Positions 10,995 through 22,492 of a stretch of DNA of 64,000 bases are shown one piece after another. The position numbers and the translations under genes were made by a program. Each line of letters begins with the position of its first letter. The stretch's first letter is position 1. This DNA comes from Spirochaetia bacterium (GTDB taxonomy: Bacteria; Spirochaetota; Spirochaetia; SZUA-6; Bin103): assembly GCA_965198005.1 (NCBI GenBank), contig CBDAOI010000003.1, forward strand, positions 128,001-192,000, given 5' to 3'. The notes beneath the pieces were generated by a model. That model searched no databases, was not told where the DNA came from, and worked only from the letters and a program-made list of their open reading frames with translations.

Positions 10995-11542
10995 GCCCGA
11001 TCGAGCTGACCAAGAGCGTGCTTGGCCGCGTCGACCGGCTCGATAGCCGGTTGCGCAGCTACGCGACGGTAATGGAGGAGCAGGCGCTGGCGGCCGCGGA
11101 ACGCGCCGCGGCGAAGATCGCCTCCGGCAGCTATCGCGGACCACTGCACGGGATCCCGGTGGCGGTAAAGGACCTGTGCTGGCCGATCACGTACCGGAGT
11201 TCGATGCCACCGCGGTCACGCGGCTGACAGCGGCCGGTGCGGTGCTGCTGGGCAAGCTCAACCTCACCGAAGGCGCCATGGGCGGTTACCACCCGGAGTT
11301 CCCGATCCCCCGGAACCCCTGGGATTCCGGGCGGTGGGCGGGGGCATCCTCCAGCGGCTCCGGCGTGGCGACCGCGGCCGGGCCCTGCTTCGGCTCCCTC
11401 GGCACCGATACGGGCGGCTCGATTCGCTTCCCGGCCGCGTGCAACGGGACGGTGGTCTCAAGCCCACCTGGGGCCGAGTCAGCCGCTTGGCGCCGCCTAC
11501 GAAGCGGCCACCGAGTGGGACAACATGCATCCGGACATCTGA
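10995..11542 (+). pseudogene. Amidase-family fragments
   Basis: GPLHGIPVAVKDL, GASSSGSG, GTDTGGSIRFPA and C-terminal AYEAATEW...HP with large internal deletion. Confidence 0.85.
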
Positions 11543-11649
11543 GCGCCGTCGCCGACGCCTCGGTCGTCGCCGGGGTCCTGGTGGCGATCTTCGCCGACGT
11601 GCTGGCTCCCCTATCCGTGCCGCGTGGCGCCAGCAGTCGCGTGTAGGCG

Positions 11650-11800
11650 GGTCAGGGCCGTGACGAGGTGTTGGTTGAGGCTCACACCCTCGTCTTCGGC
11701 CGCCCCTTCGTGACCGGGAATGAAGGGCATCGGCCACCCGGCATGACCTCGAATAACGTGCCAATCGCTGGCGCAGACGCCGCTTTGGTGTGACGCCGTC
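11650..11800 (-). pseudogene. HicA/HicB-like fragments
   Basis: AAEDEGVSLNQHLVTAL (HicB C-terminus) joined to SDWHV...IPGH (HicA-like). Confidence 0.45.
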
Positions 11801-11832
11801 ACGCTGGCCGGCGCCCGCCGATCAGCGCGACG

Positions 11833-12147
11833 TCACCTCAGGCCAAGCAGCAATCGCAGACCTTCATCGATCGCCATCAGCTCATCGGCGCTCACCCGAC
11901 CGAAGACCCTCGTAATGCGCCGCTTGTCGACGGCACGAACCTGGTCCACCAGTGCGGACGAGGAGGCTCGCAGCCCGCTGTCTCCCGGCGTCAGCGTCGG
12001 ATAGAGGGCGCCCTCGCCACGGGTCTTGGTGATCGGAATTACACACACCATCGGGAAACGCTGGTCCTCTGTGACCTCTGGATCGGTTACCTCCACGCAT
12101 GGCCGCACGCCTTGCTGCTCATGGCCAAGGGTCGGATCGAGCCGCAC
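11833..12147 (-). CDS. mazF: PemK/MazF toxin (N-terminus possibly frameshifted near 12150)
   Basis: LDPTLGHEQQGVRPC, VIPIT, ALVDQVRAVDKRRI. Confidence 0.85.
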   Translation of the reverse strand: MRLDPTLGHEQQGVRPCVEVTDPEVTEDQRFPMVCVIPITKTRGEGALYPTLTPGDSGLRASSSALVDQVRAVDKRRITRVFGRVSADELMAIDEGLRLLLGLR

Positions 12148-12194
12148 ACGCTACCTCGAAACACCGCGCCGGGCGCCGGCCCTGGTCGCACACA

Positions 12195-12488
12195 CTAGCC
12201 TTCGACCCAGCCCTCTCCGGGTATCCAGCGAACGGCCTGGCCGTTCTCCGGGTCAACGAGGTCTTCGTCGCCATCAGGCAGGCCCGCCATCCACTCGCGC
12301 TCACCCGCCTCGGCGAGCGCCTGGCTTTCCGGATGGGGGCTTCGCAGCGAGCGGCGCAGCTCGTCCCGTCGTCGCCTGTCTAGCTCGCGTTGGACGGAGT
12401 GCAAAACGAACTTGCTTCGATTGCGCTCGTGACGGTCGATTTCTCGAACGAGCTCCTCGGGCAGTGTGACGGTGACCCGCTCATTCAT
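12195..12488 (-). CDS. CopG/RHH antitoxin
   Basis: RVTVTLPEELVREID...NRSKFV, upstream of mazF. Confidence 0.8.
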   Translation of the reverse strand: MNERVTVTLPEELVREIDRHERNRSKFVLHSVQRELDRRRRDELRRSLRSPHPESQALAEAGEREWMAGLPDGDEDLVDPENGQAVRWIPGEGWVEG

Positions 12489-12636
12489 GAAGCATATCCT
12501 CAGTAAGATCGGCCGTTACAACATAACCGTCAACGCGATCTGTCCTGGCTTTGGGACGACCCTAATCAACAGTTCATGGGGTACCTCGGGTGCGCCGCGC
12601 GTCACAGATCCGATAGTCGGGAACTCGGTGTCGCCA

Positions 12637-13647
12637 CTAATCGGCGAACACCGCAAGAATCTGCTCATCCACCCGCTGGAGCGCTTCAACATCGCCGGTC
12701 GGAATCGCGCCGAACATGATCTCTTCTACGCCGGCGTCTGCGAATCGGCCAATCAGATCGATCACCTGGCTCACTGGCCCCGCCGCCGCCTCGATCTGCG
12801 TCGCTTCCATCAACCGCCCACCGTAGTTGCCGTGGTCGCGACTGCTCGCCCGCCGCCCGAGGAACTGCTTGGCGCGCTCGATCTCGGTGGGGTCCTCACT
12901 GATGAACAAGGGCATCAGCAGCGTGCGTTTGATCTCCGCCGGGTCGCGGCCGACCTTCTCGCAGTGGCGTTCGAGCACACCCACCTTGTGGTGGAACACC
13001 TCGAGCGACATGCCGCGACCGGCCCAGCCATCATAGTTGAGCAGGTCGCCATACATCGCCAGCGTACGCAGCGTGCGTTGCTCTCCAGTGCCACCGACGA
13101 GGATTGGGACGTGCGGCTGCTGGTAGCACGCCGGTGCCAACGGAGCCTGCTCCAGGTGATAGTACTGGCCGTTGTAGGTCACCGGCCCATCGGCAGTGAA
13201 CAACTTGCGAATCAACGCACAAGCCTCCTCCAGCCGGTCGGATCGCTCCCGCATCGAGGGAAACTTCCCCCAACCGTAGGCCACGTGCTCGCGGTCGAAC
13301 CAGCCGGCACCGAGCGCTAATGTGAAGCGGCCTTGAGAAGCCTGATCGAGGGTGGCGGCCATCTTCGCCAGCAGGCCCGGATTGCGGTAGGGGTTCCCGA
13401 GCACCAAGTGCCCCAGCCGCAAGCGCTGCGTCATACCCGCCGCCACCGCAACGAGGGTGTAACCCTCGAACGCCGTGCCGCGTTCTCGTTCGATATTCGG
13501 GTCCACCGGATCATCCGACGTCGGCGGCAGGAAGTGGTCGGCGAACCAGAGGCTGTTCCAGCGGCCGGCCTCCATTGTTTCGATCGACGTGCGGATCTTG
13601 GCCCACGTCACCCCGTAGCAGTTGACCTGAACTCCAAACTTCACGGC
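12637..13647 (-). CDS. LLM-class (luciferase-like, probably F420-dependent) oxidoreductase; start approximate
   Basis: SLWFADHF, LGHLVLGNPYRNPGLLAKMAATLDQASQGRFTLALGAGW. Confidence 0.9.
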   Translation of the reverse strand, partial: AVKFGVQVNCYGVTWAKIRTSIETMEAGRWNSLWFADHFLPPTSDDPVDPNIERERGTAFEGYTLVAVAAGMTQRLRLGHLVLGNPYRNPGLLAKMAATLDQASQGRFTLALGAGWFDREHVAYGWGKFPSMRERSDRLEEACALIRKLFTADGPVTYNGQYYHLEQAPLAPACYQQPHVPILVGGTGEQRTLRTLAMYGDLLNYDGWAGRGMSLEVFHHKVGVLERHCEKVGRDPAEIKRTLLMPLFISEDPTEIERAKQFLGRRASSRDHGNYGGRLMEATQIEAAAGPVSQVIDLIGRFADAGVEEIMFGAIPTGDVEALQRVDEQILAVFAD

Positions 13648-13784
13648 GCGAATTGTACCGCCACTGCTCGCGGTCGTCAAACTTGACGGGCGGTCGGGCG
13701 CGCTGCGCGGCTGCGCGGCTGCCCCCAGGACTCGCGCATCTCGATCTGTGGATTCGACCTACGTCTGCGGCGCGTCAGCCGCAT

Positions 13785-14120
13785 CCGCTCGATACGCTCA
13801 GCGAGGAACAAGTCGCCACGCTGCTCGACGGCAAACCGGTGATCGGACCGTTGCGCGAGATCCAGGAGGCGCGCAACGCGATCAACGCGTACGACCGCTA
13901 CGAATCGTGGGCACCGGGAAGCGCGGGAGACCTGTTGTGCGCGCACGGTGTGCTGATGGACAGACCGCTGGACCACCCCGGCCGCTATCGGCACGGCGGC
14001 ATCGCGGTCGGCGGGGCGGGGGTCGTCCGCCACGTCGCGCCGCCGGCCGGACGCGTGCCCGCGTTGATGGCGGCGCTGCTGCACTGGGTGCGGAGCACCG
14101 GTGACCATCGGCTGATCGTG
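13785..14120 (+). pseudogene. Fic-family protein fragment
   Basis: TLSEEQVATLLDGKPVIGPLREIQEARNA...HVAPPAGRVPALM; Fic motif missing. Confidence 0.7.
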
Positions 14121-14371
14121 AAAACCGGTCGACCGGCTGGCCGTCTTCGATCTCACCTCCGAGCGTGTGCTGCAGTTCCTCGCACATCTTGAAGATGCGC
14201 GGGGCTGCTCCCCGCAGACCCGCAATCAGCGGCTCACGGCCATCTGTTCGTTTGCCCGCTTCGTCGGCAGCCGCAGTCCCGAGCACGTCGAATGGTGCAC
14301 GCAGATCCGTGCTCTGCCCCGCAAGAAGGCGGCCCCCAAGCCGATCTCCTATCTGGAGAAGTCCGAGATCG
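14120..14371 (+). pseudogene. Tyrosine recombinase fragment (RIT-like)
   Basis: VLQFLAHLEDARGCSPQTRNQRLTAICSFARF...ISYLEKSEI. Confidence 0.75.
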
Positions 14372-14499
14372 ACCGCTGCCGACGCTTCGCCTGCACCCTC
14401 GCAGGTGCCAACGCACGGCTCGCGGAGAAACGTGGATTGGCTGCTCCTTCGTTCCAAGGGACTTTCACCCTCTGTCATATGCCAGTTAGCCTGGCGCTC
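14372..14499 (-). mobile_element. 5' fragment of the group II intron
   Basis: Near-identical reverse complement of 25305-25432. Confidence 0.9.
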
Positions 14500-14656
14500 G
14501 TACCCCAGGCTACCCCCGAGGGGCTGGAAGGCCCTCAGCGGGCCGCTGTGAGGCCGACGTGGACGGTGAACGGCCTGCTGCGGACGGCCACATCGCCGGC
14601 GAATGACGGCTCCGGAGGGGCGATGCGCCCGAGTCGGCGCCGCGAGGGGCTTTCGG

Positions 14657-14809
14657 CTGCCGCGGCTGCCCGAACGAAATCTCAAGAAACCTTCAATTCG
14701 CCAGTTTTTCTTTTTGATTTGTTGCCGTAGGGGTGGTATACTAAAAGCCTCAGGTTTGAACGGATGCAAAAGATGGCTGGAAACACTACTCAGCGCTGCC
14801 ACCGGTTAG
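14657..14809 (+). repeat. Conserved promoter plus non-coding element, copy A
   Basis: Aligns with 23164-23305; TTGATT(14714)-17bp-TATACT(14737). Confidence 0.8.
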
Positions 14810-14958
14810 GGGCAACGCAACCGGCGTGTCCTACCCTTGCCCATCCCCCCCTCCTCGGAAATCCTTTCGCGGCGGGGGTTGACAAATGGTGGGCCCCCCA
14901 GACTGTCTCTTCAGGCCATTGACTGCCGTTCACCGAGGATTGCTGGGCCGATTCGTGG

Positions 14959-14987
14959 TTGACGTCCACGGGAGCGGAGGTTATGAT
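14959..14987 (+). promoter_or_regulatory. Sigma70-like promoter upstream of ABC cassette 1
   Basis: TTGACG-17bp-TATGAT. Confidence 0.55.
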
Positions 14988-15167
14988 AGGGTGGGATGCA
15001 GTCAATCGCGACATCGCGACTACATCTGGGTATGGCTGTGCCTCACCTGCGGAGGGCTTGAGTGACCTATAACACGTCAACGCTTATGACACTCTGTTCC
15101 CCTGACAGCCGCTCGCCGAGATTTGCTGAAAATCAGCTCGCGGCGCGCTTGCTTAATGGTGAGGAGT

Positions 15168-15183
15168 CCCCCCCCCCCCCCCC
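15168..15183. repeat. C16 homopolymer
   Basis: 16 consecutive C in the leader of the SBP gene. Confidence 0.9.
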
Positions 15184-15560
15184 AGCAAGTATTTGCACGA
15201 GAAGCATTAACACTAGCCATAGCCAGAGCTGGGGGCGCAGCGCGCCGCGCGCCACTTCGCCTGCACCACCGCTCCCTCGACCGCCTGCAAACCACACCAC
15301 CGGCGTTGCCGGCCATTCACCTTCGCTGCGTCGCCGACCCAACGGTCGCGGACCGCGCCCCCCGCGGAGCTTCCGGATCAGGCGCGCGAACGCGTTCTGA
15401 GGAGGTGGCCGATGCAGAACTGATGCACTGATCCCGGACTCCGGGCTGGCGTCCCTCGCTTTTGGGTACCTGCCATTGCAGTGCTTCGAGAGTGGGCGAG
15501 GGATCGGCAGTGGCATCAGCACTCTCAATCCTCTCAAGCATTGAGATCGAGGAGTCAAAG

Positions 15561-17360
15561 ATGCAACACGCAATTGTTCGTACGTTCCTCGCGCTACTGT
15601 GCGGGCTCGTCCTGACTGCCACCGGCCTCTGGGCCAGCGGCGCGGAAGAGGAGCCGGCAGCCGCGATGGAGAAGGAGATGGTGACCGACCCCACTACCGG
15701 AAAACAGGTGGTGGCGCCGAGCTATGGCGGAACACTGACCCTGCCCTACAGGCTTCCAGACATTGCTCCCACTGACCCCTTTTATGACGGTGGACGCCCG
15801 ACATGGTGGATCAGTGGCGTTAATGAGAAACTCGCCTACGCGAACTGGGCAATAGATAGGGACGAATTTGATTTCAGTTCTTATTACTACCCTTTTAACG
15901 TCATGACAGGGAACCTGGTGGAAAGCTGGGAAACACCCGACCCACTAACTATCGTCTTCCACATCCGCAAGGGCGTTTACTGGCACAATAAGGCACCGAT
16001 GAACGGTCGGGAGCTGACTGCCGACGATGTCGAGTTTAACTTTCGGCGCATTAAGGGTTGGGGCAAGGAGGGAGTTCCTTTACAGCAGTTCGACATATTC
16101 CGCATGCCAGTCGAATCGATAACGGCCACCGACAAATGGACGGTCGTCGTCAAGATGGAGCAGCCATCCCTCGATGCAGTGCCCTCTTTTACAACCGGAA
16201 CCATGGCTTTTATATTACCCCCCGAGGTAATCGAACAACACGGCGACTACAAGGATTGGCGGAACATGGTCGGCACCGGGCCCTTTATGCTGACTGACTT
16301 AGTCGAAGGCGTCTCTAGGACCTATATCAAGAATCCTGACTACTGGGGCCACGACCCAAAGTACCCGGAGAACCGCTTGCCCTATGTTGACGAAGTAAGG
16401 CATCTGTATATGGGAGACGAAGCAACACTGCTCGCCGCCCTACGCTCGGCCAGGATTGACATGGTACATACTTCCGGGGGCATGTCCGTAGGATCCATTG
16501 ATACGGTACGGAGCCTCCAGCGGACCAATCCAGAACTCCAGGCGGGCCCTTTTTGGGTTTACAATAATAGCTCTGCTTCTATGAACACGCGCAACCCGCC
16601 CTTTGACGACATCAGGGTACGCCAGGCCATGCAGATGGCACTGGACCGGGAGACGATCAACGAGACTTACTATAGCGGTCTTGCGAAGCCAACACCAACG
16701 GGAGTCATCGGAGATAACCTTAAGGGATTTTACGTCCCGTTTGAAGAGTGGCCCGAAGAGGTCAAGAAAACCTATAGGTATGACCCGGAAGGGGCGGAAG
16801 CATTGCTTGATGCGGCTGGATATCCGCGCGGTGCGGACGGCGTTCGATTTAAGACCACCTATGTTTTGCGTGGCATTTTTGATATAGGCATTATAGAAGT
16901 ACTTGCCGGCTACTGGGATGAAATTGGCGTTAATGTAGCGATTACTCCATATGACAGTCCGACTTGGCAAGCCCTTGTAACAGACCACTCGTATGAGATG
17001 GCCACCGGGGCCGTGAACGCGAGTCTTACCCCTGCCGCAGTCATGGGCTGGTATAGCTGGGCTGCGAAGGGTTTAACGCTGGAAACGGCCGGCGGAGGTG
17101 CGCCGGAGTTGGACGCTGCCCATGATGGCTTTTTCGCCGCTACCACCGTTGAGGAGCAGCAGAAGTTCGCCAAAGACTACGACATGTTTATAATACGGAA
17201 TCAGTTTAATGTAATGGGTCCTAAAGCTCCAAGTTTTCAGTTCGCGCATCCGTGGGTGAAAGGTTGGAACGGTGAAGCCAACATGGCCAACTGGAACGAT
17301 TATATGATCTTCGCCCGCTTTTGGATCGACCAGGATCTGAAGAAAGAAATGGGGTTTTAG
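15561..17360 (+). CDS. Peptide/nickel ABC solute-binding protein (family 5)
   Basis: Signal peptide; YGGTLT, HIRKGVYWH, GTGPFML, PFDDIRVRQAMQMALD, YDPEGAEALLDAAGY. Confidence 0.93.
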   Translation: MQHAIVRTFLALLCGLVLTATGLWASGAEEEPAAAMEKEMVTDPTTGKQVVAPSYGGTLTLPYRLPDIAPTDPFYDGGRPTWWISGVNEKLAYANWAIDRDEFDFSSYYYPFNVMTGNLVESWETPDPLTIVFHIRKGVYWHNKAPMNGRELTADDVEFNFRRIKGWGKEGVPLQQFDIFRMPVESITATDKWTVVVKMEQPSLDAVPSFTTGTMAFILPPEVIEQHGDYKDWRNMVGTGPFMLTDLVEGVSRTYIKNPDYWGHDPKYPENRLPYVDEVRHLYMGDEATLLAALRSARIDMVHTSGGMSVGSIDTVRSLQRTNPELQAGPFWVYNNSSASMNTRNPPFDDIRVRQAMQMALDRETINETYYSGLAKPTPTGVIGDNLKGFYVPFEEWPEEVKKTYRYDPEGAEALLDAAGYPRGADGVRFKTTYVLRGIFDIGIIEVLAGYWDEIGVNVAITPYDSPTWQALVTDHSYEMATGAVNASLTPAAVMGWYSWAAKGLTLETAGGGAPELDAAHDGFFAATTVEEQQKFAKDYDMFIIRNQFNVMGPKAPSFQFAHPWVKGWNGEANMANWNDYMIFARFWIDQDLKKEMGF

Positions 17361-17479
17361 TAATCGCATCGTAGTACAACTGATTTGCGGTCCCGCAGCC
17401 CGCCCGTGGCGAGCCCATACTGCGTAGGCGGTGAGCGGGGCGAAACTGATGCAGCCAGGCGGGTAGCAACTGGTAAACG

Positions 17480-17513
17480 GTGGGATGGCGGCACAAGTCT
17501 GCCATCCCACTTT
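17480..17513 (+). terminator. Intercistronic hairpin between SBP and permease
   Basis: GTGGGATGGC...GCCATCCCAC followed by TTT. Confidence 0.6.
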
Positions 17514-17585
17514 CAATATAAGAAACCGCCGATACATACAGGGAGGATAGAGATTCACTTTTAAACCAATGCTGAGGTGTATGAC

Positions 17586-18587
17586 ATGAGAGCCTATATC
17601 ATCAGGAGGGTATTGCTGATCATCCCCACCCTGTTCATTTTGACCGTCCTGGTCTTTCTCTCGGTCCGCTTCATCCCGGGTGATGTAATAGACGTAATGG
17701 CCAGCAGGTTGGACCATGCGATGGCCGCGTTTGACCGTGAAGCTGTTGAGCGTGCGCTGGGATTAGACCAGCCTGTGTACGTGCAGTATGGACGCTGGAT
17801 AGGAGTTTTGCCGACCCCTGACTGGGTTACCGGTGAGTCCCACTTCAAAGGTCTCCTCCAGGGCAACCTTGGCCACTCACTGGTTGGCGGCGGTTACGCG
17901 ATAGGGGAGAGGATAGTAGATAGATTGCCGGTTACCTTCGAGCTCGGGGTGCTGGCTATCCTCATCGGCCTGGTCATCGCGCTGCCGGTGGGCATCTACT
18001 CGGCGGTGCGGCAGTACACCGCCGCCGACTACGTGGGACGGTCGGTCGCCATCATGGGGCTGGCGACGCCCAACTTCTGGCTGGGAACGATGGTGATGAT
18101 CTACCCGGCCATCTGGTGGGCGTGGGCGCCCCCGATGGAGTGGGTCCCGTTCGCCGAGGACCCGCTGGGCAACCTCGGCATGTTTATCATCCCCAGCCTG
18201 ATCCTCGGGACCTATCTGTCGGCCAGCACCATGCGCATGACGCGCACCATGATGCTGGAGGTGCTGCGCCAGGACTATATTCGCACGGCCTGGGCCAAGG
18301 GCCTGCTGGAGCGGTCGGTGATCCTCCGACACGCCGTCAAGAACGCCATCATCCCGGTGGTGACGCTGGTAGGTATGCAGCTGCCGATCCTGGTGGGCGG
18401 TTCGGTCATCATCGAGAACATCTTCAACCTGCCGGGGCTGGGACGGCTGATGCTGGATACGCTCACAGACAGGGACTACCCGGTCGTCTCGGGGCTGAAC
18501 CTGTTCTTCGCCACGGTCGTGGTCTTCGTCAATCTGCTGACCGATCTGCTGTACGCGGCGCTGGACCCGCGGATTCGCTACGAATGA
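17586..18587 (+). CDS. Peptide ABC permease (DppB/OppB-like)
   Basis: MRAYIIRR, RQDYIRTAWAKGL, LDPRIRY. Confidence 0.95.
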   Translation: MRAYIIRRVLLIIPTLFILTVLVFLSVRFIPGDVIDVMASRLDHAMAAFDREAVERALGLDQPVYVQYGRWIGVLPTPDWVTGESHFKGLLQGNLGHSLVGGGYAIGERIVDRLPVTFELGVLAILIGLVIALPVGIYSAVRQYTAADYVGRSVAIMGLATPNFWLGTMVMIYPAIWWAWAPPMEWVPFAEDPLGNLGMFIIPSLILGTYLSASTMRMTRTMMLEVLRQDYIRTAWAKGLLERSVILRHAVKNAIIPVVTLVGMQLPILVGGSVIIENIFNLPGLGRLMLDTLTDRDYPVVSGLNLFFATVVVFVNLLTDLLYAALDPRIRYE

Positions 18588-18610
18588 GCCGGGCCGATGG
18601 ATGACGGTGG

Positions 18611-19564
18611 GTGACGATGGGTGACGTATCCCGGCTGACGCCGGCCGGCGCCGAGCCGGTCGCGGGGGCGGCTGCGACTGGGCAGACGGGGCTGAGGAAG
18701 TTCTTCGGGCGGCTGGTGCGCGAGCAGCCGCTGGGCACCGCCGGCGGCATCGTCATCCTGCTCCTGGTGCTGGTCAGCATCTTCGCCGATTCGCTGGCGC
18801 CCTATCGCTATCAGGAGATCCACCTGCGCGACCGCCTGCAGGGCTCTTCGGCGCAGTACCTGCTGGGCACCGACCACGCGGGGCGGGACTTCCTGAGCCG
18901 CCTCATCCACGGGGCGCGGATGTCGTTGACGGTGGGACTGGCCGCCACTGCCCTCACCGTCGTGGTGGCGGTGCTGATCGGCGGCACCACCGGCTTCATC
19001 GGCGGTCGGCTGGACCTGATGACGCAGCGCTTCGTCGATGCCTGGATGGCGTTCCCGGGGCTGCTGTTGCTGCTCACCATCATGTCGATTGCCGGCCGCG
19101 GCATGCTGCAGATCATCATCGTGCTGGGCGTGTCGGGCGGCATCCCGGCCTCGCGGGTGGTGCGAGGCGCCGTGCTGGGGGTGAAGGAGAACGTCTACTT
19201 CCAGGCGGCGCAGGCGATCGGCAGCTCGCGCCGGGGCTCGCTGCGGCGCCACGTGCTGCCCAACATCGCCGCGCCCATCATCATCATCTTCAGCATCAAC
19301 GTCGGCGGGGTGATCATGTCGGAGGCGGCGCTGAGCTTTCTCGGCTTCGGCCTGCCAGCGGACGTGCCGAGCTGGGGCGGGATGCTCAGCCGCGAGGGGC
19401 GGCGGTACATGGAGGTCGCGCCTCATCTGGCGTTGTGGCCGGGGCTGTTCCTGACCGTGGTCGTCTACAGCCTCAACATGTTCGGCGACGCGGTGCGCGA
19501 CCTGCTGGACCCCCGCCTGCGCGGCCGCCTCGGCCGCTACGGCGCCGGCCGGCACACCACCTGA
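18611..19564 (+). CDS. Peptide ABC permease (DppC/OppC-like)
   Basis: LGTDHAGRD, HVLPNIAAP, GDAVRDLLDPR. Confidence 0.95.
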   Translation: MTMGDVSRLTPAGAEPVAGAAATGQTGLRKFFGRLVREQPLGTAGGIVILLLVLVSIFADSLAPYRYQEIHLRDRLQGSSAQYLLGTDHAGRDFLSRLIHGARMSLTVGLAATALTVVVAVLIGGTTGFIGGRLDLMTQRFVDAWMAFPGLLLLLTIMSIAGRGMLQIIIVLGVSGGIPASRVVRGAVLGVKENVYFQAAQAIGSSRRGSLRRHVLPNIAAPIIIIFSINVGGVIMSEAALSFLGFGLPADVPSWGGMLSREGRRYMEVAPHLALWPGLFLTVVVYSLNMFGDAVRDLLDPRLRGRLGRYGAGRHTT

Positions 19565-19602
19565 CAGCGACTGCAGAATGGCGGCCGAACGGGTCCGCTT
19601 GA

Positions 19603-20841
<1,239 letters not shown>

Positions 20842-20848
20842 GCAAGGA

Positions 20849-22165
20849 TCACCAGTCTCCGAGCAGCCAACTGGCCGCGGATGCCCAATTGACGCGAGCG
20901 GGCAGCCGCCGCGGCGGGGAAGGGTCGAGCGTGACCAGCCAGCGGGTCGCATCCGGGTACGCCTGACCGCCCGCCTGCAGGGCGCGCAGTTCGCGTTCCC
21001 AGGTCGCGTCCTCGGCGGTTTCGAGACATACCTGGACCAACAGCGGAGGGTTCCCGGCGCGGTGAGCGAAGAAGTCGACCTCCCAGCCTTCGGTGGTGCG
21101 CACGTAGGAGACTTCCCAGCCGCGTCGTTCCAACTCCAGCAGGACGGCGGTTTCCAGGGCACGGCCGCGGTGGCTGCGACCGCTGCGCGCAAACAGGGAG
21201 ATCAGCCCGGGGTCCACCGGATACGCCTTACGGGGATTGACCATGCGCCGCCGCTCGGAGGCGGCATGCAGGGAGACCGTCCGCACCAGGAAGGCATCCT
21301 CCAAGTGGCCAAGGTACTGGTGCAGGGTGTCCTTGCCGACTCGCACGCCCTGCGAGCGCAGGGTGTCGTACTGCTTGTTCACCGAGAACGCTCCTCCGGG
21401 GTTGGCCAGCAACTGTCGCTGCAACCAACGCAATGCGAGCGGATTGGTCACCTCGTACCGCTCAATCACGTCGCGCAGCACGGCCACGTCGACATAGCCG
21501 GCCAGCAACGCCGCGCGGTCTCTCGGCTCCGCGCCCTGCGCCTCGGGAAAGCCCCCTTCGACCAGGTAGCGCTGCAGCCGCTGATGCAGCACTGCTGCCG
21601 CCGGCCCCGTCTCCGGCAGCGGATGCGGCGGCTCGTCGCCGGCGTGGCGAAGCGTTTCCCGGAAACTGAAGGGATGGATCAGCACCTCCATCGCCCGGCC
21701 GCGCAAGCTGGTCGCGACCTCCCGGCTCAGCAGACGGGCAGAGGAGCCGGTGACGAACACCTGGATGCCGCCGGTATCGATGAGCCGACGCACCAGCCCC
21801 TCCCACCCCGGAACGTATTGCACCTCATCGAGATACAGGGTGGCGCCGTGGTCCCTGCCGGACCACTGCGGAAAGCGGCGGGCGTGTTCTTCGAGCAGCC
21901 AGCCGAGGTCGGCGACGGTGATGCCGGTAAGGCGCTCGTCCTCGAGCAAGAGCAGCAATTGCGATTCGCCGGGCGCGCCGGAGTGCAACCGCCTGGCGCG
22001 ATGCTCAGCGAGAAACGAGGTCTTGCCGCTACGACGCATACCGATAACGGCAAACGCCTTGCCGGAAATGGCGGGAAGCCGCACGTCGCGTCGCGTAAGG
22101 TGCGGCGGTGGGACGGTCAGGGACTCGTCAAGCTTGGCCCGGAGGAGGTTACGGGAGGTTGTCAC
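20849..22165 (-). CDS. AAA_14/DUF4143 ATPase
   Basis: GMRRSGKT, YLDEVQ, VTGSSA, KAYPVDPGL, EVDF. Confidence 0.88.
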   Translation of the reverse strand: MTTSRNLLRAKLDESLTVPPPHLTRRDVRLPAISGKAFAVIGMRRSGKTSFLAEHRARRLHSGAPGESQLLLLLEDERLTGITVADLGWLLEEHARRFPQWSGRDHGATLYLDEVQYVPGWEGLVRRLIDTGGIQVFVTGSSARLLSREVATSLRGRAMEVLIHPFSFRETLRHAGDEPPHPLPETGPAAAVLHQRLQRYLVEGGFPEAQGAEPRDRAALLAGYVDVAVLRDVIERYEVTNPLALRWLQRQLLANPGGAFSVNKQYDTLRSQGVRVGKDTLHQYLGHLEDAFLVRTVSLHAASERRRMVNPRKAYPVDPGLISLFARSGRSHRGRALETAVLLELERRGWEVSYVRTTEGWEVDFFAHRAGNPPLLVQVCLETAEDATWERELRALQAGGQAYPDATRWLVTLDPSPPRRLPARVNWASAASWLLGDW

Positions 22166-22239
22166 TTTGCCAGTGACAATATCTATTAGATTTGTCCCCT
22201 TGTAAAGGTAAATTACTCCGTCACCCCCAATGCCCGGCG

Positions 22240-22395
22240 CCGCTCTTCGTCCCGTGCATCGAAGACCGGCTCGGCATCGACCTCGTACGCGCACAGGGTG
22301 AGCGGCTGCATCGGCCGGCCAAACGGCTGCGCTTCGCGGATGGCGACGAGCGGGGCGAGCGAGGTGTAGAGCGCCGGCACGCCGCGGCGGTTGGA
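22240..22395 (-). pseudogene. RES-domain toxin fragment
   Basis: NRRGVPALYTSLAPLVAIREAQP...LTLCAYEVD. Confidence 0.6.
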
Positions 22396-22492
22396 TCACT
22401 CGGCGTCAGCTCCGGCAGCGCACCGAAGCGCACCGATCATCTGCTTGCCGGAACGCGCGGCGGTCGCTACCATCGGATGAGCGAGCGTACCC

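Noticed and set aside
8606-14788. 14-bp match TGGCTGGAAACACT between the transposon right end and non-coding element A
   Set aside because: Not conserved in element copy B or transposon copy 2; probably chance
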